A stretch of DNA of 63,905 nt, filler included, from 8 parts of 8 records of this genome joined end to end with filler, not necessarily neighbours in it; one strand, 5' to 3'; numbered from the whole stretch's first letter, positions 48,877-59,456 are shown. The notes: generated by a model not told the origin, from the sequence alone. Program-made: numbers and translations.

Positions 48877-49239
48877 CTAATATTTCAATCGATTAATTAA
48901 TGATCTTAGCATTTTAATAATTTCATCGATCGAATCATTCAATGCAGAATAATCAGTTTCACTGATATATTCCAATTCATGAGAAAGCAATAAAAGATAT
49001 TCCGTTTCATTTGCCGATGCAAATGCGATATCAAGAAATCTCTTAAATTGTTTATCTCCTTCTCTGGTTGCTCCTTCAGTAATATTTGTTGGTATTGAAG
49101 TCGCAGCCCGTCGAATCTGACTTCTAAGTCCATACATTTCATCCTTTGGAAATGCTTGAGTTGCTTTATAAATATTTAAAGCAAATATGTGACCTTTACG
49201 CCAGACATCATAGTCTTTGTAATTTCTCATTTCGTCCAC
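48877..49239 (-). CDS. four-helix-bundle protein (23S rRNA IVP family)
   Basis: YKD..VW.K.H, FPKDEMYGL.SQIRRAATSIP.NI.EG, FL.IA.AS..ET. Confidence 0.92.
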   Translation of the reverse strand: MDEMRNYKDYDVWRKGHIFALNIYKATQAFPKDEMYGLRSQIRRAATSIPTNITEGATREGDKQFKRFLDIAFASANETEYLLLLSHELEYISETDYSALNDSIDEIIKMLRSLINRLKY

Positions 49240-49279
49240 CTCAATTTTATTTCAAAAAGCTGTTTCTTCTATTTCTTAC

Positions 49280-49322
49280 CTTCTTTGCTTCTTTGCTTCC
49301 TTGCTTCTTTGCTTCCCAGCTT
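49280..49322. repeat. 8-bp tandem repeat (CTTCTTTG)x5
   Basis: CTTCTTTG CTTCTTTG CTTCCTTG CTTCTTTG CTTCCCAG. Confidence 0.9.
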
Positions 49323-50926
49323 TAATGTTTGAAGTGCCTCATCCCTACAAACACCATCCCGACACCCAACTCATCCGCTTTCGCAATGACCTTTTTGTCG
49401 CGAATGGATCCACCGGGTTGAACAATGGTCTTGATCCCAACTTCGGCAGCAACTTCAACATTGTCGGGAAAGGGGAAAAATGCATCGGATATCAGCACAG
49501 TATCAGCCATTTTTGCTTTGATATAGTCTTCTACATCGCCTTCGCCATTCCACTCGTTTTTTAGATTCTCACGAGCACGTTTTACGCTTAATTCGGTGGA
49601 ATTCAGACGATTGGGCTGCCCACAACCCATGCCAAGCAATTGACAATATCCGTTTTCTAGCTTTCTGACAAGGCAAATGGCATTTGATTTCAATTGTCTG
49701 ACTGTTTTCAAGCCAAAATCAAGCAATTCGTCATCTATCTTCGCTTTGGTTTCGGTCACGTTATCCATTTTGGCTTTGACCTTAAGATCCGAATCCTGAT
49801 ATAAAAGTGCATTGTGTAGGACCTTCATATCCTTTTCAGGGAAAAGGAAGTGAGGATCGAATTCCACAATGCGTAAATTTTTGTGCAATTGCAAGTATTG
49901 TAGCGCTTCTGGTGTAAATCCCGGGGCTACAACGATCTCAACAAATTTGCGTTTACCTTTATCCTCGGCATCCAATGCGAAGAATTCGACGGTTTCACGT
50001 TCTACAACGGTATTGAACGCGATCACTGAACCGAAGGCTGACACAGGATCACCCTCCCAGGCAAGTTCCATGGCTGTGCGTTGGTCATCACCGGTAGCAA
50101 GTCCGCAGGGATTGGCGTGCTTGATCACAGCAACACCATGCTGACGCATATCACGGATTGACTCGATGGCACCATACATATCAAACATATTATTATAAGA
50201 AAGTTCTTTACCATGAAGGACTTTCATATCGTAATAGGAGCTGTCTGCCCCTTTTTGACGTAAAAAATAACCGTTCTGGTGAGAGTTCTCACCATATCGC
50301 AACTTTTTGGCCTGATCATAGGCCAAACGCACCGTTAATTCACCGGCTTCGGCATCCATTGTGGTTGCGATCAATGCATCGTAATCGGCCGTGTGGTTGA
50401 ATGCCTTGCGCATCAGATCGAAACGAGTCTCTTCTTTTAATGCACCGTCATTTTTTGCAAGTTCTTCAAGAAGTGCAGGATAATCATAAGGATCAACGAC
50501 AGTAGCAACATATTTATAGTTTTTGGCGGATGCTCTTACCATCGTGGGACCGCCAATATCAATATTTTCGATCAAAGTAGGCAGATCTGCACCCAGAGCC
50601 TTTTCTTTGGCAAAAGGATATAAATTACACACAACCATATCGATCGGCTCTATTTCAAGCTCTGAAGCTTCTTTTGCATCTTTTTTACGATCATATAACA
50701 ATGCTGATTCGATCTGGAAAGAAATGGTCTTCATCCTGCCGCCGAAAGCTTCAGGATTTCCTGTAACTTTAGAAATATCAGTAACTTCTATTCCTGCTTC
50801 CTTTAATACTTTTTTTGTACCACCTGTAGAAATGATCTCGCAACCCTGACGTTCAAGTGCGGCCGCAAAATCTACAATTCCAGCTTTATCCGAAACTGAG
50901 ATCAATGCTCTTTTGATCTTGATCAT
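49322..50926 (-). CDS. purH: bifunctional AICAR transformylase/IMP cyclohydrolase
   Basis: RALISVSDK, STGGT, IDIGGPTMVRASAKN, LRYGENSHQ, KHANPCG, SDAFFPF, QPGGS, RHFKH. Confidence 0.97.
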   Translation of the reverse strand: MIKIKRALISVSDKAGIVDFAAALERQGCEIISTGGTKKVLKEAGIEVTDISKVTGNPEAFGGRMKTISFQIESALLYDRKKDAKEASELEIEPIDMVVCNLYPFAKEKALGADLPTLIENIDIGGPTMVRASAKNYKYVATVVDPYDYPALLEELAKNDGALKEETRFDLMRKAFNHTADYDALIATTMDAEAGELTVRLAYDQAKKLRYGENSHQNGYFLRQKGADSSYYDMKVLHGKELSYNNMFDMYGAIESIRDMRQHGVAVIKHANPCGLATGDDQRTAMELAWEGDPVSAFGSVIAFNTVVERETVEFFALDAEDKGKRKFVEIVVAPGFTPEALQYLQLHKNLRIVEFDPHFLFPEKDMKVLHNALLYQDSDLKVKAKMDNVTETKAKIDDELLDFGLKTVRQLKSNAICLVRKLENGYCQLLGMGCGQPNRLNSTELSVKRARENLKNEWNGEGDVEDYIKAKMADTVLISDAFFPFPDNVEVAAEVGIKTIVQPGGSIRDKKVIAKADELGVGMVFVGMRHFKH

Positions 50927-51888
50927 GATCCTTCATTCTCCTTTTCTTTTTTTCTGATCAGCACATTGTCGGCAATGATCGTTTCTCCATTTCTTAATTC
51001 AAGTACGAAGAATGCATCACCGGTATATTGAAAATCTTTTAATACGATCTTTCGTGTTGTGACATATTTAAAAAAGTAATGTAATGATACGTGCTCGAGG
51101 GTCGAGAAGTTCAATTCCTGAGTACTGACTTTCAAGCCACCGTCTATACCTGAAATAACAATACCCGTTTCAACGACATAGTACATGTCCTTAATCTCGC
51201 CAATTTCTTCAGCGATCCTGTAATCAGGAATATAAACATCCTTAATATGCCATAGGCTCATCACTTTGTTTGTCTCAAGTGAGGTGGGGGCATCGTCCCA
51301 ATTTACGATGTGGTTTTCCTGCAAGTTCTCTGAAAATTCCTGATAGGCTTGAACAACGGTTTGGACATGACGGGCTTCATCAAAGCTTTTGGGAACATCA
51401 GTGATCCAAAATACAGTCAAAGCAAGAAGTATTAGAGTTCCGACGATCTTTATCCATAAGGTTTCAGGATCAAAAACCCATAATAGCACCATAATTATTA
51501 ATGGAAGAAGAAATGGCAAAAAACCCATTAAAGCATCTGATTTATCAGGCTGCATTAAAAACATAAAAAATCGGATCAGATCCGAGAAAGCCAGGCATGC
51601 GATCGCCGGCATCCAAACAGCAGCAGCTAAATGGGAACGTGTACCCTTTATCCATATGAACAATAACATGAGGATAGATGTCACCAAAAGAATAAAAAGC
51701 TCGGCAATGGCATCGCCAAAGGTGAAAGCAATACCTTTTCCCTGAGTCAGGAAGGCAAATAAACCAATACGTAAAACAACATAAAGTCCCAACCCCATTA
51801 ATAAACGGATAATGAACTGCCAGGCGTTCGCATAATACTGAACGACCTTGATACGGTTTCTTTTAGCTCTTTCTAGATTGCTTGACAT
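50923..51888 (-). CDS. hypothetical membrane protein within pur operon
   Basis: 5 TM segments followed by a soluble domain; overlaps purH start. Confidence 0.65.
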   Translation of the reverse strand: MSSNLERAKRNRIKVVQYYANAWQFIIRLLMGLGLYVVLRIGLFAFLTQGKGIAFTFGDAIAELFILLVTSILMLLFIWIKGTRSHLAAAVWMPAIACLAFSDLIRFFMFLMQPDKSDALMGFLPFLLPLIIMVLLWVFDPETLWIKIVGTLILLALTVFWITDVPKSFDEARHVQTVVQAYQEFSENLQENHIVNWDDAPTSLETNKVMSLWHIKDVYIPDYRIAEEIGEIKDMYYVVETGIVISGIDGGLKVSTQELNFSTLEHVSLHYFFKYVTTRKIVLKDFQYTGDAFFVLELRNGETIIADNVLIRKKEKENEGS

Positions 51889-51920
51889 AATTTATTCTCT
51901 ATCTTAAACAAATGATATGT

Positions 51921-51950
51921 TGTATGGACGCGATGCATCGCGTCCCTGTA
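51921..51950. repeat. REP-like palindrome
   Basis: GGACGCGATGCATCGCGTCC perfect palindrome. Confidence 0.6.
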
Positions 51951-52710
51951 TCATTTCGTTTTATTAATTTTTTCAACGATATTTTTAAATATCGCCATCC
52001 CTTCCCCATCTTCGGAGATCTTGGGATTGCTTCGCTTCTTTCCTGCCCAATCCGGATGATTGTACAAAGATAAATAGGCTTCAGGATGCGGCATTAAACC
52101 AAATACCTGACCGCTTACATCACAAAGTCCGGCACAATTCAGTTCCGAACCGTTGGGATTGGCGGGATATTCGACCGTGGGGTTCTTTTCCTTATCTGCG
52201 TATGTCAAAACATTCAATTTCTTTTCAATAATAGCTTCCCGGATCTCGTCATCACGAATGATCAGCTTGCCTTCACCGTGACGGACAGGCAGATCCATAC
52301 CTTTGATCTCGGGATCATTCAAAAATGGTGTAGGATTATCAGGAGTTACAAGGCAATGCACCCAGCGGTCTTCAAAATGACCGGATGCATTATTGGTCAG
52401 AGTAACCTCTTGTTCAAATTTGCCGCCGATGTTCGGTAACAATCCCATTTTTACAAGAGCCTGGAATCCATTACAAACTCCAATGATATATTTTCCGTCG
52501 TTCAAGAACTGTTCTATCTCGTCGATGAACAGTTTGCCGGATTTCATTTTCTTGAATTTGAACTTGTTCGCCAGAACTTTCGCCGAACCGATATCATCCC
52601 CAAAAGAAAATCCACCCGGAAAGTTCAAAATATCGTAATTGTGAATGGAATCCCGTTCCTGGAATAATTCGTTCAAGTGTAAAATAGTGGCTTCGGCACC
52701 CAGCAGACGA
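51951..52710 (-). CDS. purQ: FGAM synthase glutaminase subunit PurQ (5' truncated)
   Basis: PGGFSFGD, GVCNGFQ, N.SG.FEDRW, HGEG, NPNGS, MPHPE. Confidence 0.93.
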
Positions 52711-52950
52711 NNNNNNNNNNNNNNNNNNNNNNNNNNNNNNNNNNNNNNNNNNNNTTAATTAATTAANNNNNNNNNNNNNNNNNNNNNNNNNNNNNNNNNN
52801 NNNNNNNNNNTGCAAACCTGTCAACGACACAGCGATACCTTGGCACGATCAGTGATATTGAAGCGATCCGATGGATTGAGAACATCTACGGGTAGAATAG
52901 GAAAGGGGTGATGCCGGTTTCGGTTTCACCTCTTTTTGATGGATACAATA

Positions 52951-54153
52951 TCATTTTTTCTCTTCTTCAGCCTGTATTCTACGCATAACGTTGATCACAA
53001 ATTCGGTTGATTCGGTTAAATCGATTTTAAGCCATTTGCTCATTTTTTGCGGATTTTTTTTTGCCAAAGCATCAATCATATTTTGATGATAGTCGCGACC
53101 GGTTTGAGGATCGTGAAACACTGTTTGGCGAAACATCAGGTGATAATATGGGCTGACTTGATCCCAAAGGTTCTGAATCATTGAAAGTAGGATCGGCATA
53201 TGTGCGCAGAGGTATATCGCAAAATGAAACTCACGATTTACTGAAAGTGTCCGCTCTGCATCCTTTTTCTGCTGGGCAGATATATATTGCTTATTTAACT
53301 TTTCAAGTTTTCCGACTGTGCTTGCCGTTGCTGCCATGGCGGCTTTTCGTGCTGCGGTAACTTCAAGCATTAGTCGAATTTCTAATATTTCTTTAAGATT
53401 TTTCTCAGAAAGCTCGTTAACCGTCGCTCCTTTTTGAGGTTGAACCGTAACAAAGTTTCGTGCCTCTAAACGCCCGATTGCCTCACGGATGGGTATTCGG
53501 CTGATGCCCATTTGTCTGGCTAACTCTTCGGTTACCAGTCTCTCACCTGGTTTAATGCGGGCTGTAACAATCGCACGCTCCAATTCTTTGTAGACCAGTT
53601 CTTGGGTGGTTGGAGTTTGAATGGTGTTCGCAGAATAGGCAGGCTCGGGTACCAGTGAAGAGGGATTCCCATCTTTTTCCTTTGTCGATGGTTCACGATG
53701 CATTTCCCACGTTTTTCGCAAACTTAAAAAACCACTCATCCCTTTTAGACCGACCTGATCAAACCAACTACGAACCAGACGCGATGCGCTGGGAAGCGAC
53801 AGAGCGCCATTTCCTTTTCTTGATTTGAACAATAATTCATCCGCCAGCGGACGATTAATTTGGAGATAATTCTGAAATGCTTCATGGGTTTGCTGCCCCA
53901 TTACGACTGGTTCACTTCGTCTCTGCTTGCCACCTAAAACAGAAATTTCATCGCCGACATTAAGACCGATAAGGTCCTTTACATGCAGCGACAATAGTTG
54001 ATTGGCTGCCACCCCTGTTTCAATGGCCAGGTTGAACAATAGTAAGTCCCTGATGTTTGGCTCGATAGCGCGTCGGACACGATCAATATCTGTTGAATTC
54101 GGTATGGGATAAGCCTGTTTCTGTCTATTTTTCGAAAATGATTGTCGGGTCAT
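52951..54153 (-). CDS. fusion of degenerate tyrosine-recombinase catalytic-like domain with GntR/FCD regulator
   Basis: N-term RDLLLFNLAIETGVAANQLLSL.VKD...LFKSRKG...LSLRKT; C-term PGERLVTEELARQMGISRIPIREAI + FCD (NREFH). Confidence 0.85.
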   Translation of the reverse strand: MTRQSFSKNRQKQAYPIPNSTDIDRVRRAIEPNIRDLLLFNLAIETGVAANQLLSLHVKDLIGLNVGDEISVLGGKQRRSEPVVMGQQTHEAFQNYLQINRPLADELLFKSRKGNGALSLPSASRLVRSWFDQVGLKGMSGFLSLRKTWEMHREPSTKEKDGNPSSLVPEPAYSANTIQTPTTQELVYKELERAIVTARIKPGERLVTEELARQMGISRIPIREAIGRLEARNFVTVQPQKGATVNELSEKNLKEILEIRLMLEVTAARKAAMAATASTVGKLEKLNKQYISAQQKKDAERTLSVNREFHFAIYLCAHMPILLSMIQNLWDQVSPYYHLMFRQTVFHDPQTGRDYHQNMIDALAKKNPQKMSKWLKIDLTESTEFVINVMRRIQAEEEKK

Positions 54154-54332
54154 TCGTCATCCTCCAACCACACAATATATTATATAACATTAAAAATCAA
54201 CTTCTTTAAGCAAAAAGCAATCAAAACAACTTTTATAAAAGTTATTAACTAACCGAATATTATAATATTATAAGTTTTTTCAGAACTAAACGGCAATCAT
54301 CGTGAACATTTTGAATGTTATTTAAAAAATAG

Positions 54333-54370
54333 TTGACATTATATTATATCCAATACATATTAATATGTAT
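54333..54370 (+). promoter_or_regulatory. sigma70 -35 (TTGACA) overlapped downstream by a perfect 18-bp palindrome, candidate operator
   Basis: TTGACA 54333-54338; ATACATATTAATATGTAT 54353-54370. Confidence 0.6.
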
Positions 54371-54458
54371 CATTCATCATCGCCGACCATGTTGGAACGA
54401 ATCACGAAGTGTCCTGGATTTTTTTCACCAGATGACCGCTTTAGGGGAGTAAAAACGG

Positions 54459-56171
54459 ATGAACGGCGCACGCACCGTTGTCGAAATGCTCAAAAAGTAT
54501 GAAACTGAAGTAATTTTCGGTGTTCCCGGCGACACAAGTATTGGGTTGTATGAAGCCCTTTATGATGTGTCTCCCGCAATCCGCCATGTCATGGCCAGGG
54601 ATGAACGATCGGCCTCATTCATGGCTGATGCGTATGCCAGGTTATCTCACCGACCTGGAGTTTGTGAGTGTCCATCCGGGGCAGGACCGCTTTACGCTAT
54701 CCCCGGTATTGCTGAAGCAAACGCATCTTCCGTACCGGTCATTCTAATCACTTCAGATATCGCATTGTCCGGCGAAGGTCGGCAGACCATTACCGAAATC
54801 GATTGTGCAAAGCTTTTTGAGCCGGTCACGAAATGGTCCTATCTCGTCAAGCATGTCGACAAAATACCGGAAACGCTGCGACGGGCGTTTCGAATTGCGA
54901 CAACCGGGAGGCCTGGAGCGGTCCATGTTGCCTTGCCGTTGGAGGCGCAAAAGGAAGACTTTCCAGGTGACTCAAAAGATCTTTATGCCGAAGGTGAGTG
55001 TTCGACTTATCCTGCATTCCGCACACGAGGTGCCAGAGTTGTCCTTGAAAAGGTTTGCCAGCTATTAATTCAGGCCCAAAAACCAGTGATCATTGCCGGT
55101 GGCGGAGCTAATCACTCTCAGGCGGGACCGGCAATATTAGCGCTGGCGGAATGGCTGTCCTCCCCCGTGGTGACCACCATTTCCGGTCAAGGTATTGTGC
55201 CGGATGACCATCTGCTGGCCATGGGAGTTACCGGAGACAATGGCTTTCACCCGCACGCTCATCGAACGATTGATCAAGGAGATGTTCTGCTTTACGTCGG
55301 ATGCAAGATGGGCTCGGTTTCAACTGTCAATTGGACGATTCCAAGCGTCACTTCGGACAAGCATATTGTTCAAATTGACCTGAACCCTGAATTGTTGGGC
55401 AACAATTACAAAAATGCGCTGAGTGTCGCTGGAGATGCCAAACTCATATTAGAGGATTTACTTATTCTCATCAGAGGAAAAATTGCCCAGAAACAGACAA
55501 CTGGATGGGTTGGCGATCTCAATTTAGTTCGTAAAGAATTTTGGCAAAGCCATATCCCGGCTTTTGAATCGAACGCCACGCCCATTAAGCCCCAGCGCGT
55601 TATCGCCTCCCTTAATCGCCATCTGGCTTCAAATTCAGTTGTCATTGCAGATGCAGGAACCCCAACACCTTATATTACCCGATTCCTGAAACTGGGTGGA
55701 TATGGTTCCCGATTTATTATCCCAAGGGCATACGGTGGATTAGGCTACGCCATACCGGCAATCGTTGGCGCGCATTATGCCAGGCCGGAAGCCTGTCTGG
55801 TCGGCCTTTTTGGAGACGGCAGTCTGGGGATGTCTGCCGGTGAACTGGAAACGCTGGCGCGGCTGAACATCCCGGCAGTATTGATCCACTTCAATAACGG
55901 GACGTTCGGGTGGATCAAGGCCCTACAGAAGCTTCATTGCCAGGAGAAATACTTTTCAGTGGATTTTCAGACCGGTGATATGCCGGCCTTGGCCTCGGTT
56001 TTTGGAATTAAAGGCTACCACGTCAAAACCCCTGGAGATCTCGATGATGCACTCGATGACGCCTTTAAACACAATGGCCCGGTGTTCATCGATATCGTAT
56101 CCGTATCGGAAGTCGCGGAATTGCCACCGGTTTTCTCATGGGAAGCGGCAGCCACTGGCAACCAGACTTAA
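54459..56171 (+). CDS. thiamine pyrophosphate-dependent enzyme (acetolactate synthase-like)
   Basis: IFGVPGD, RDERSASFMADAYAR, GDGS...N TPP motif. Confidence 0.92.
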   Translation: MNGARTVVEMLKKYETEVIFGVPGDTSIGLYEALYDVSPAIRHVMARDERSASFMADAYARLSHRPGVCECPSGAGPLYAIPGIAEANASSVPVILITSDIALSGEGRQTITEIDCAKLFEPVTKWSYLVKHVDKIPETLRRAFRIATTGRPGAVHVALPLEAQKEDFPGDSKDLYAEGECSTYPAFRTRGARVVLEKVCQLLIQAQKPVIIAGGGANHSQAGPAILALAEWLSSPVVTTISGQGIVPDDHLLAMGVTGDNGFHPHAHRTIDQGDVLLYVGCKMGSVSTVNWTIPSVTSDKHIVQIDLNPELLGNNYKNALSVAGDAKLILEDLLILIRGKIAQKQTTGWVGDLNLVRKEFWQSHIPAFESNATPIKPQRVIASLNRHLASNSVVIADAGTPTPYITRFLKLGGYGSRFIIPRAYGGLGYAIPAIVGAHYARPEACLVGLFGDGSLGMSAGELETLARLNIPAVLIHFNNGTFGWIKALQKLHCQEKYFSVDFQTGDMPALASVFGIKGYHVKTPGDLDDALDDAFKHNGPVFIDIVSVSEVAELPPVFSWEAAATGNQT

Positions 56172-56244
56172 GTATCCATACGCGCTTTGTCACGACAGTG
56201 ACAATCACTTTCATCAAACCATGCAATTTAACAAGGGGGCGGAT

Positions 56245-57756
56245 ATGAAACGAATTTCATCAATACTAACTTTGACAGTATTTGGATTGCTCCTCTTAAT
56301 GTTGCCCGCAGCGGCAATTGCAGCCGATCAGATCAAAATCGCCACATGGGAGGACATCAGCACATTTGATCCAGGTTGGATGACCAGCGCAGAGAGAGAA
56401 CTCATCATCATGAGTTCTCTATACAACGGACTGGTAAAATACAAAGAGGGATCTTGGGATATCGTGCCTGATCTGGCTGAGTCCTGGGATGAGGCCCCTG
56501 GTGGGAAATCGATTGTTTTTCATCTTCGCAAGAATGTCCAGTTTCACAAGGGTTTTGGAGAAATGACCGCCGAAGATGTAAAATTTTCCCTTGATCGAAT
56601 TGTCGATCCCAAGGCTGAGGCTGCGGAGAAAGGTACATGGAAGCTGCTTGATAGTGTAGACGTTGTCGACAAATATACCGTAAAAATTAATCTAAAAGAA
56701 AAAATGGCCAACCTGTTTACATCTGCACTGCCCATGAATTCAGGTTTTATTGTTTCGAAAAAAGCAGTCGAAAAAATGGGACGAGAAAAATTCAGTAAAG
56801 ATCCGATCGGTACCGGTCCCTACCAGTTGGATTCCTGGAAACCAAAAACACACGTTAAATTGGCAGCATTCGATGGCTACTGGGGAGAAAGCCCAAAAAT
56901 CAAAAGCATCACTTTTCTTCCTATTGTCGAAGACAGTACTTGTGAGACAGCCCTTAGAACAGGTGAAATCAATATCGGCCGATCAGCAATGATCAATATG
57001 CAGTCCTTTGAAAAAGATCCAAAATTTGCTGTATACGCCAAACCAGCCTTGAAAACATATTGGCTCGGTATGACCGTAAATAAACCACCCTTTGATAAAT
57101 TAGAACTTCGTCAAGCGTTCCGGTATGCTGTGAATGTTGATAATATTGTAGAGGCTGCCTTCTATGGCACGGCCAAGCGTGCCAACACCATTTTACCACC
57201 CGGCCTTCCAGACTACTGGTCCGATGCACCGGTATACACGCAGGACATTGACAAGGCGAAAGCGCTAATAAAAGCCGCCGGCAAACCCGGTGGATTTAAA
57301 GTCAATCTATTTATTCCCGGCAATGATGCCGAGCGAATCATGGCGGAAGTGATCAAGGCCGATGCAGCCAAGGCCGGCATTGAAGTTATCATTGAAGTGA
57401 AGGAGATCGGAGCCTTTAATGAAGCCGCTAACAAAGGTGAAACCGATGCCTATATTCAGTTTTATACCTCTACCATCGACCCATATTATATTATGCAATG
57501 GTTTGCCGGTGAATCCTGGAATCCAAGCCAGTGGCGCAACGCCGAATTTACCGAGTTGATGAAAAAAGGCGCTAGTGAAATAGATCCCAAAAAACGCCAA
57601 CAAATTTATATTGACGCGCAAAAACTCACCGATAAAGATTGCTGGGCGATTTGGCTAACCCATGGCACTAAGTTTTGGATAGCTCAAAACAACGTGAATA
57701 TGGGTGCAATTTATCCCAACGGCCGATTAACCCCATGGACGATGAGTTTCAAATAA
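56245..57756 (+). CDS. ABC transporter substrate-binding protein, family 5 (peptide/nickel type)
   Basis: PDLAESW, LRKNVQFH, TAEDVKFS, PIGTGPY; signal peptide from ATG 56245. Confidence 0.92.
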   Translation: MKRISSILTLTVFGLLLLMLPAAAIAADQIKIATWEDISTFDPGWMTSAERELIIMSSLYNGLVKYKEGSWDIVPDLAESWDEAPGGKSIVFHLRKNVQFHKGFGEMTAEDVKFSLDRIVDPKAEAAEKGTWKLLDSVDVVDKYTVKINLKEKMANLFTSALPMNSGFIVSKKAVEKMGREKFSKDPIGTGPYQLDSWKPKTHVKLAAFDGYWGESPKIKSITFLPIVEDSTCETALRTGEINIGRSAMINMQSFEKDPKFAVYAKPALKTYWLGMTVNKPPFDKLELRQAFRYAVNVDNIVEAAFYGTAKRANTILPPGLPDYWSDAPVYTQDIDKAKALIKAAGKPGGFKVNLFIPGNDAERIMAEVIKADAAKAGIEVIIEVKEIGAFNEAANKGETDAYIQFYTSTIDPYYIMQWFAGESWNPSQWRNAEFTELMKKGASEIDPKKRQQIYIDAQKLTDKDCWAIWLTHGTKFWIAQNNVNMGAIYPNGRLTPWTMSFK

Positions 57757-57767
57757 GGATATTTAGC

Positions 57768-57798
57768 CGGCACGCCATTCTGCTTCGGTGGCGTGTCG
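57768..57798 (+). other. intercistronic stem-loop after SBP gene
   Basis: CGGCACGCCATT...GGTGGCGTGTCG hairpin. Confidence 0.5.
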
Positions 57799-57840
57799 CC
57801 CTCATCCGGCTGCTGTTATGACTGGAAAAGAGACTCTAAT

Positions 57841-58776
57841 ATGTTGAAATACATCATTAAAAGAGCACTTTGGGTGATTCCGACCCTACTCGGTGTATTG
57901 ATTATTCTGTTTGGTCTGACCTACCTCATGCCCGGTGATCCGGCATCGGCGATGTTAGGCCCCCGGGCAACTCCTGAACTGGTGGCAGAGCTTAACCAAC
58001 GGTTGCATCTCGATAGAGCGATGCCCATAAGGTTGGGCTATTATCTGACGGGTGTTGTCAAAGGCGATTTGGGGACTTCTGTCTGGTCGGGCCATGAAGT
58101 CAGCGCGCTGCTTGCAGAGGCACTGCCCCACACGGCGTTACTTGCCTTGACCAGTCTGGGAGTTGCAGCCCTTATCGGCATTCTCCTGGGTGCATTTGCC
58201 GCCGTCCGGCGGGATAGTCCCATTGGTGGTGCCGTAACCATCGCCTCACTTTTAGGTGTGGCTGTCCCTGATTTTGTGGCAGCCCTTATTTTAATGCTGC
58301 TGTTTTGTGTGCTGATTCCGATGTTACCTGCTTTGGGAGCCGGTGCCGCCGGCGACCCTGTCGATATTGCCGTGCATTTGATTTTGCCGGCCACAGCTTT
58401 GGGGATTGGCTGGGTCGGCTACCTGGCCCGGCTTACTCGTGAATCTATGCTTGATGTTCTGGACTCGGACTACATCCGTACCGCTCGGGCGTTTGCCATC
58501 CCCGGACAAACCATTGCTTACCGGTACGCATTGAAAAACGCGGTGATTCCTTCCATCACAGTCATCGGCCTGGGGGTGGGCAAACTTTTGGGCGGTGCGG
58601 TTTTTGTCGAGATTATTTTCAATCGTCCCGGGTTGGGAAAACTAATTGTTGATGCGGTATACGCCCGTGATTTTCCAGTGGTTCAGGGCGGCATCCTGTT
58701 GGCAACGATTTTGTTTGTCCTGGCAAATTTAATTGCCGACATATCATATGCTTTTGTAGATCCGCGAATTCAGTAC
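57841..58776 (+). CDS. ABC transporter permease DppB/OppB family (3' end at contig edge)
   Basis: MPGDPA, GDLGTS, DYIRTARA, EIIFNRPGLG, RDFPVVQG, DPRI. Confidence 0.93.
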
Positions 58777-58876
58777 NNNNNNNNNNNNNNNNNNNNNNNN
58801 NNNNNNNNNNNNNNNNNNNNTTAATTAATTAANNNNNNNNNNNNNNNNNNNNNNNNNNNNNNNNNNNNNNNNNNNN

Positions 58877-59456
58877 GGTCCAGCAGCCTGGCCTGGACGG
58901 AAACGTCAAGGCCGCCGGTCGGCTCATCCATAAAGACGAGTCGAGGATTATTGACCAGGGTGCGCGCAATCTGCAAGCGCTGCAACATGCCGCCGGAAAA
59001 TGTAAATGGCAGGTCGTCCAGGCGGTCGTCGTCAATTTCCACCCTGCGCAGCCATTTAAGAGCCTCGGAACGTATCTTGCCGTAATTTCTGGCGCCGACG
59101 GCCATTAAACGCTCACCGATATTAGCTCCCGCACTCACGGCCATGCGCAAGCCGTCCCGAGGATTCTGGTGGACAAAGCCCAATTCCGTCCGGTTCAGCA
59201 TTCTCCGGTCGGATTCCGGCAAGCCCTGAATATCCCGCAGCCCGTGATCAGAGGACCGGTATTCCACATGGCCCGATGTCGGCGAGAGGCCGCCGGACAG
59301 GCAATGCAGCAAGGTCGTCTTTCCTGAACCTGATTCACCCACAATTCCCAACACTTCGCCCGGCCATAGCTCAAAGGCCGCATCCAGGCACCCGGGATGC
59401 CGCCCGTAATATTTCGTCAATCCCCGCACACGCAGCAAGGGAGATGGATCATTCAT
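58877..59456 (-). CDS. phnK: C-P lyase ATPase PhnK (3' truncated)
   Basis: GESGSGKT, HQNPRDGLRM.VSAGANIGERLMAVG, FSGGM.QRLQIA. Confidence 0.95.

Noticed and set aside
48877-49239. Four-helix-bundle gene as DGR avd or an rRNA intervening sequence
   Set aside because: No RT, TR/VR pair or rRNA nearby; it lies between purH and purC.
55975-56244. N-terminal extension of the ABC SBP
   Set aside because: Overlaps the TPP gene; the signal peptide and RBS indicate a start at 56245.
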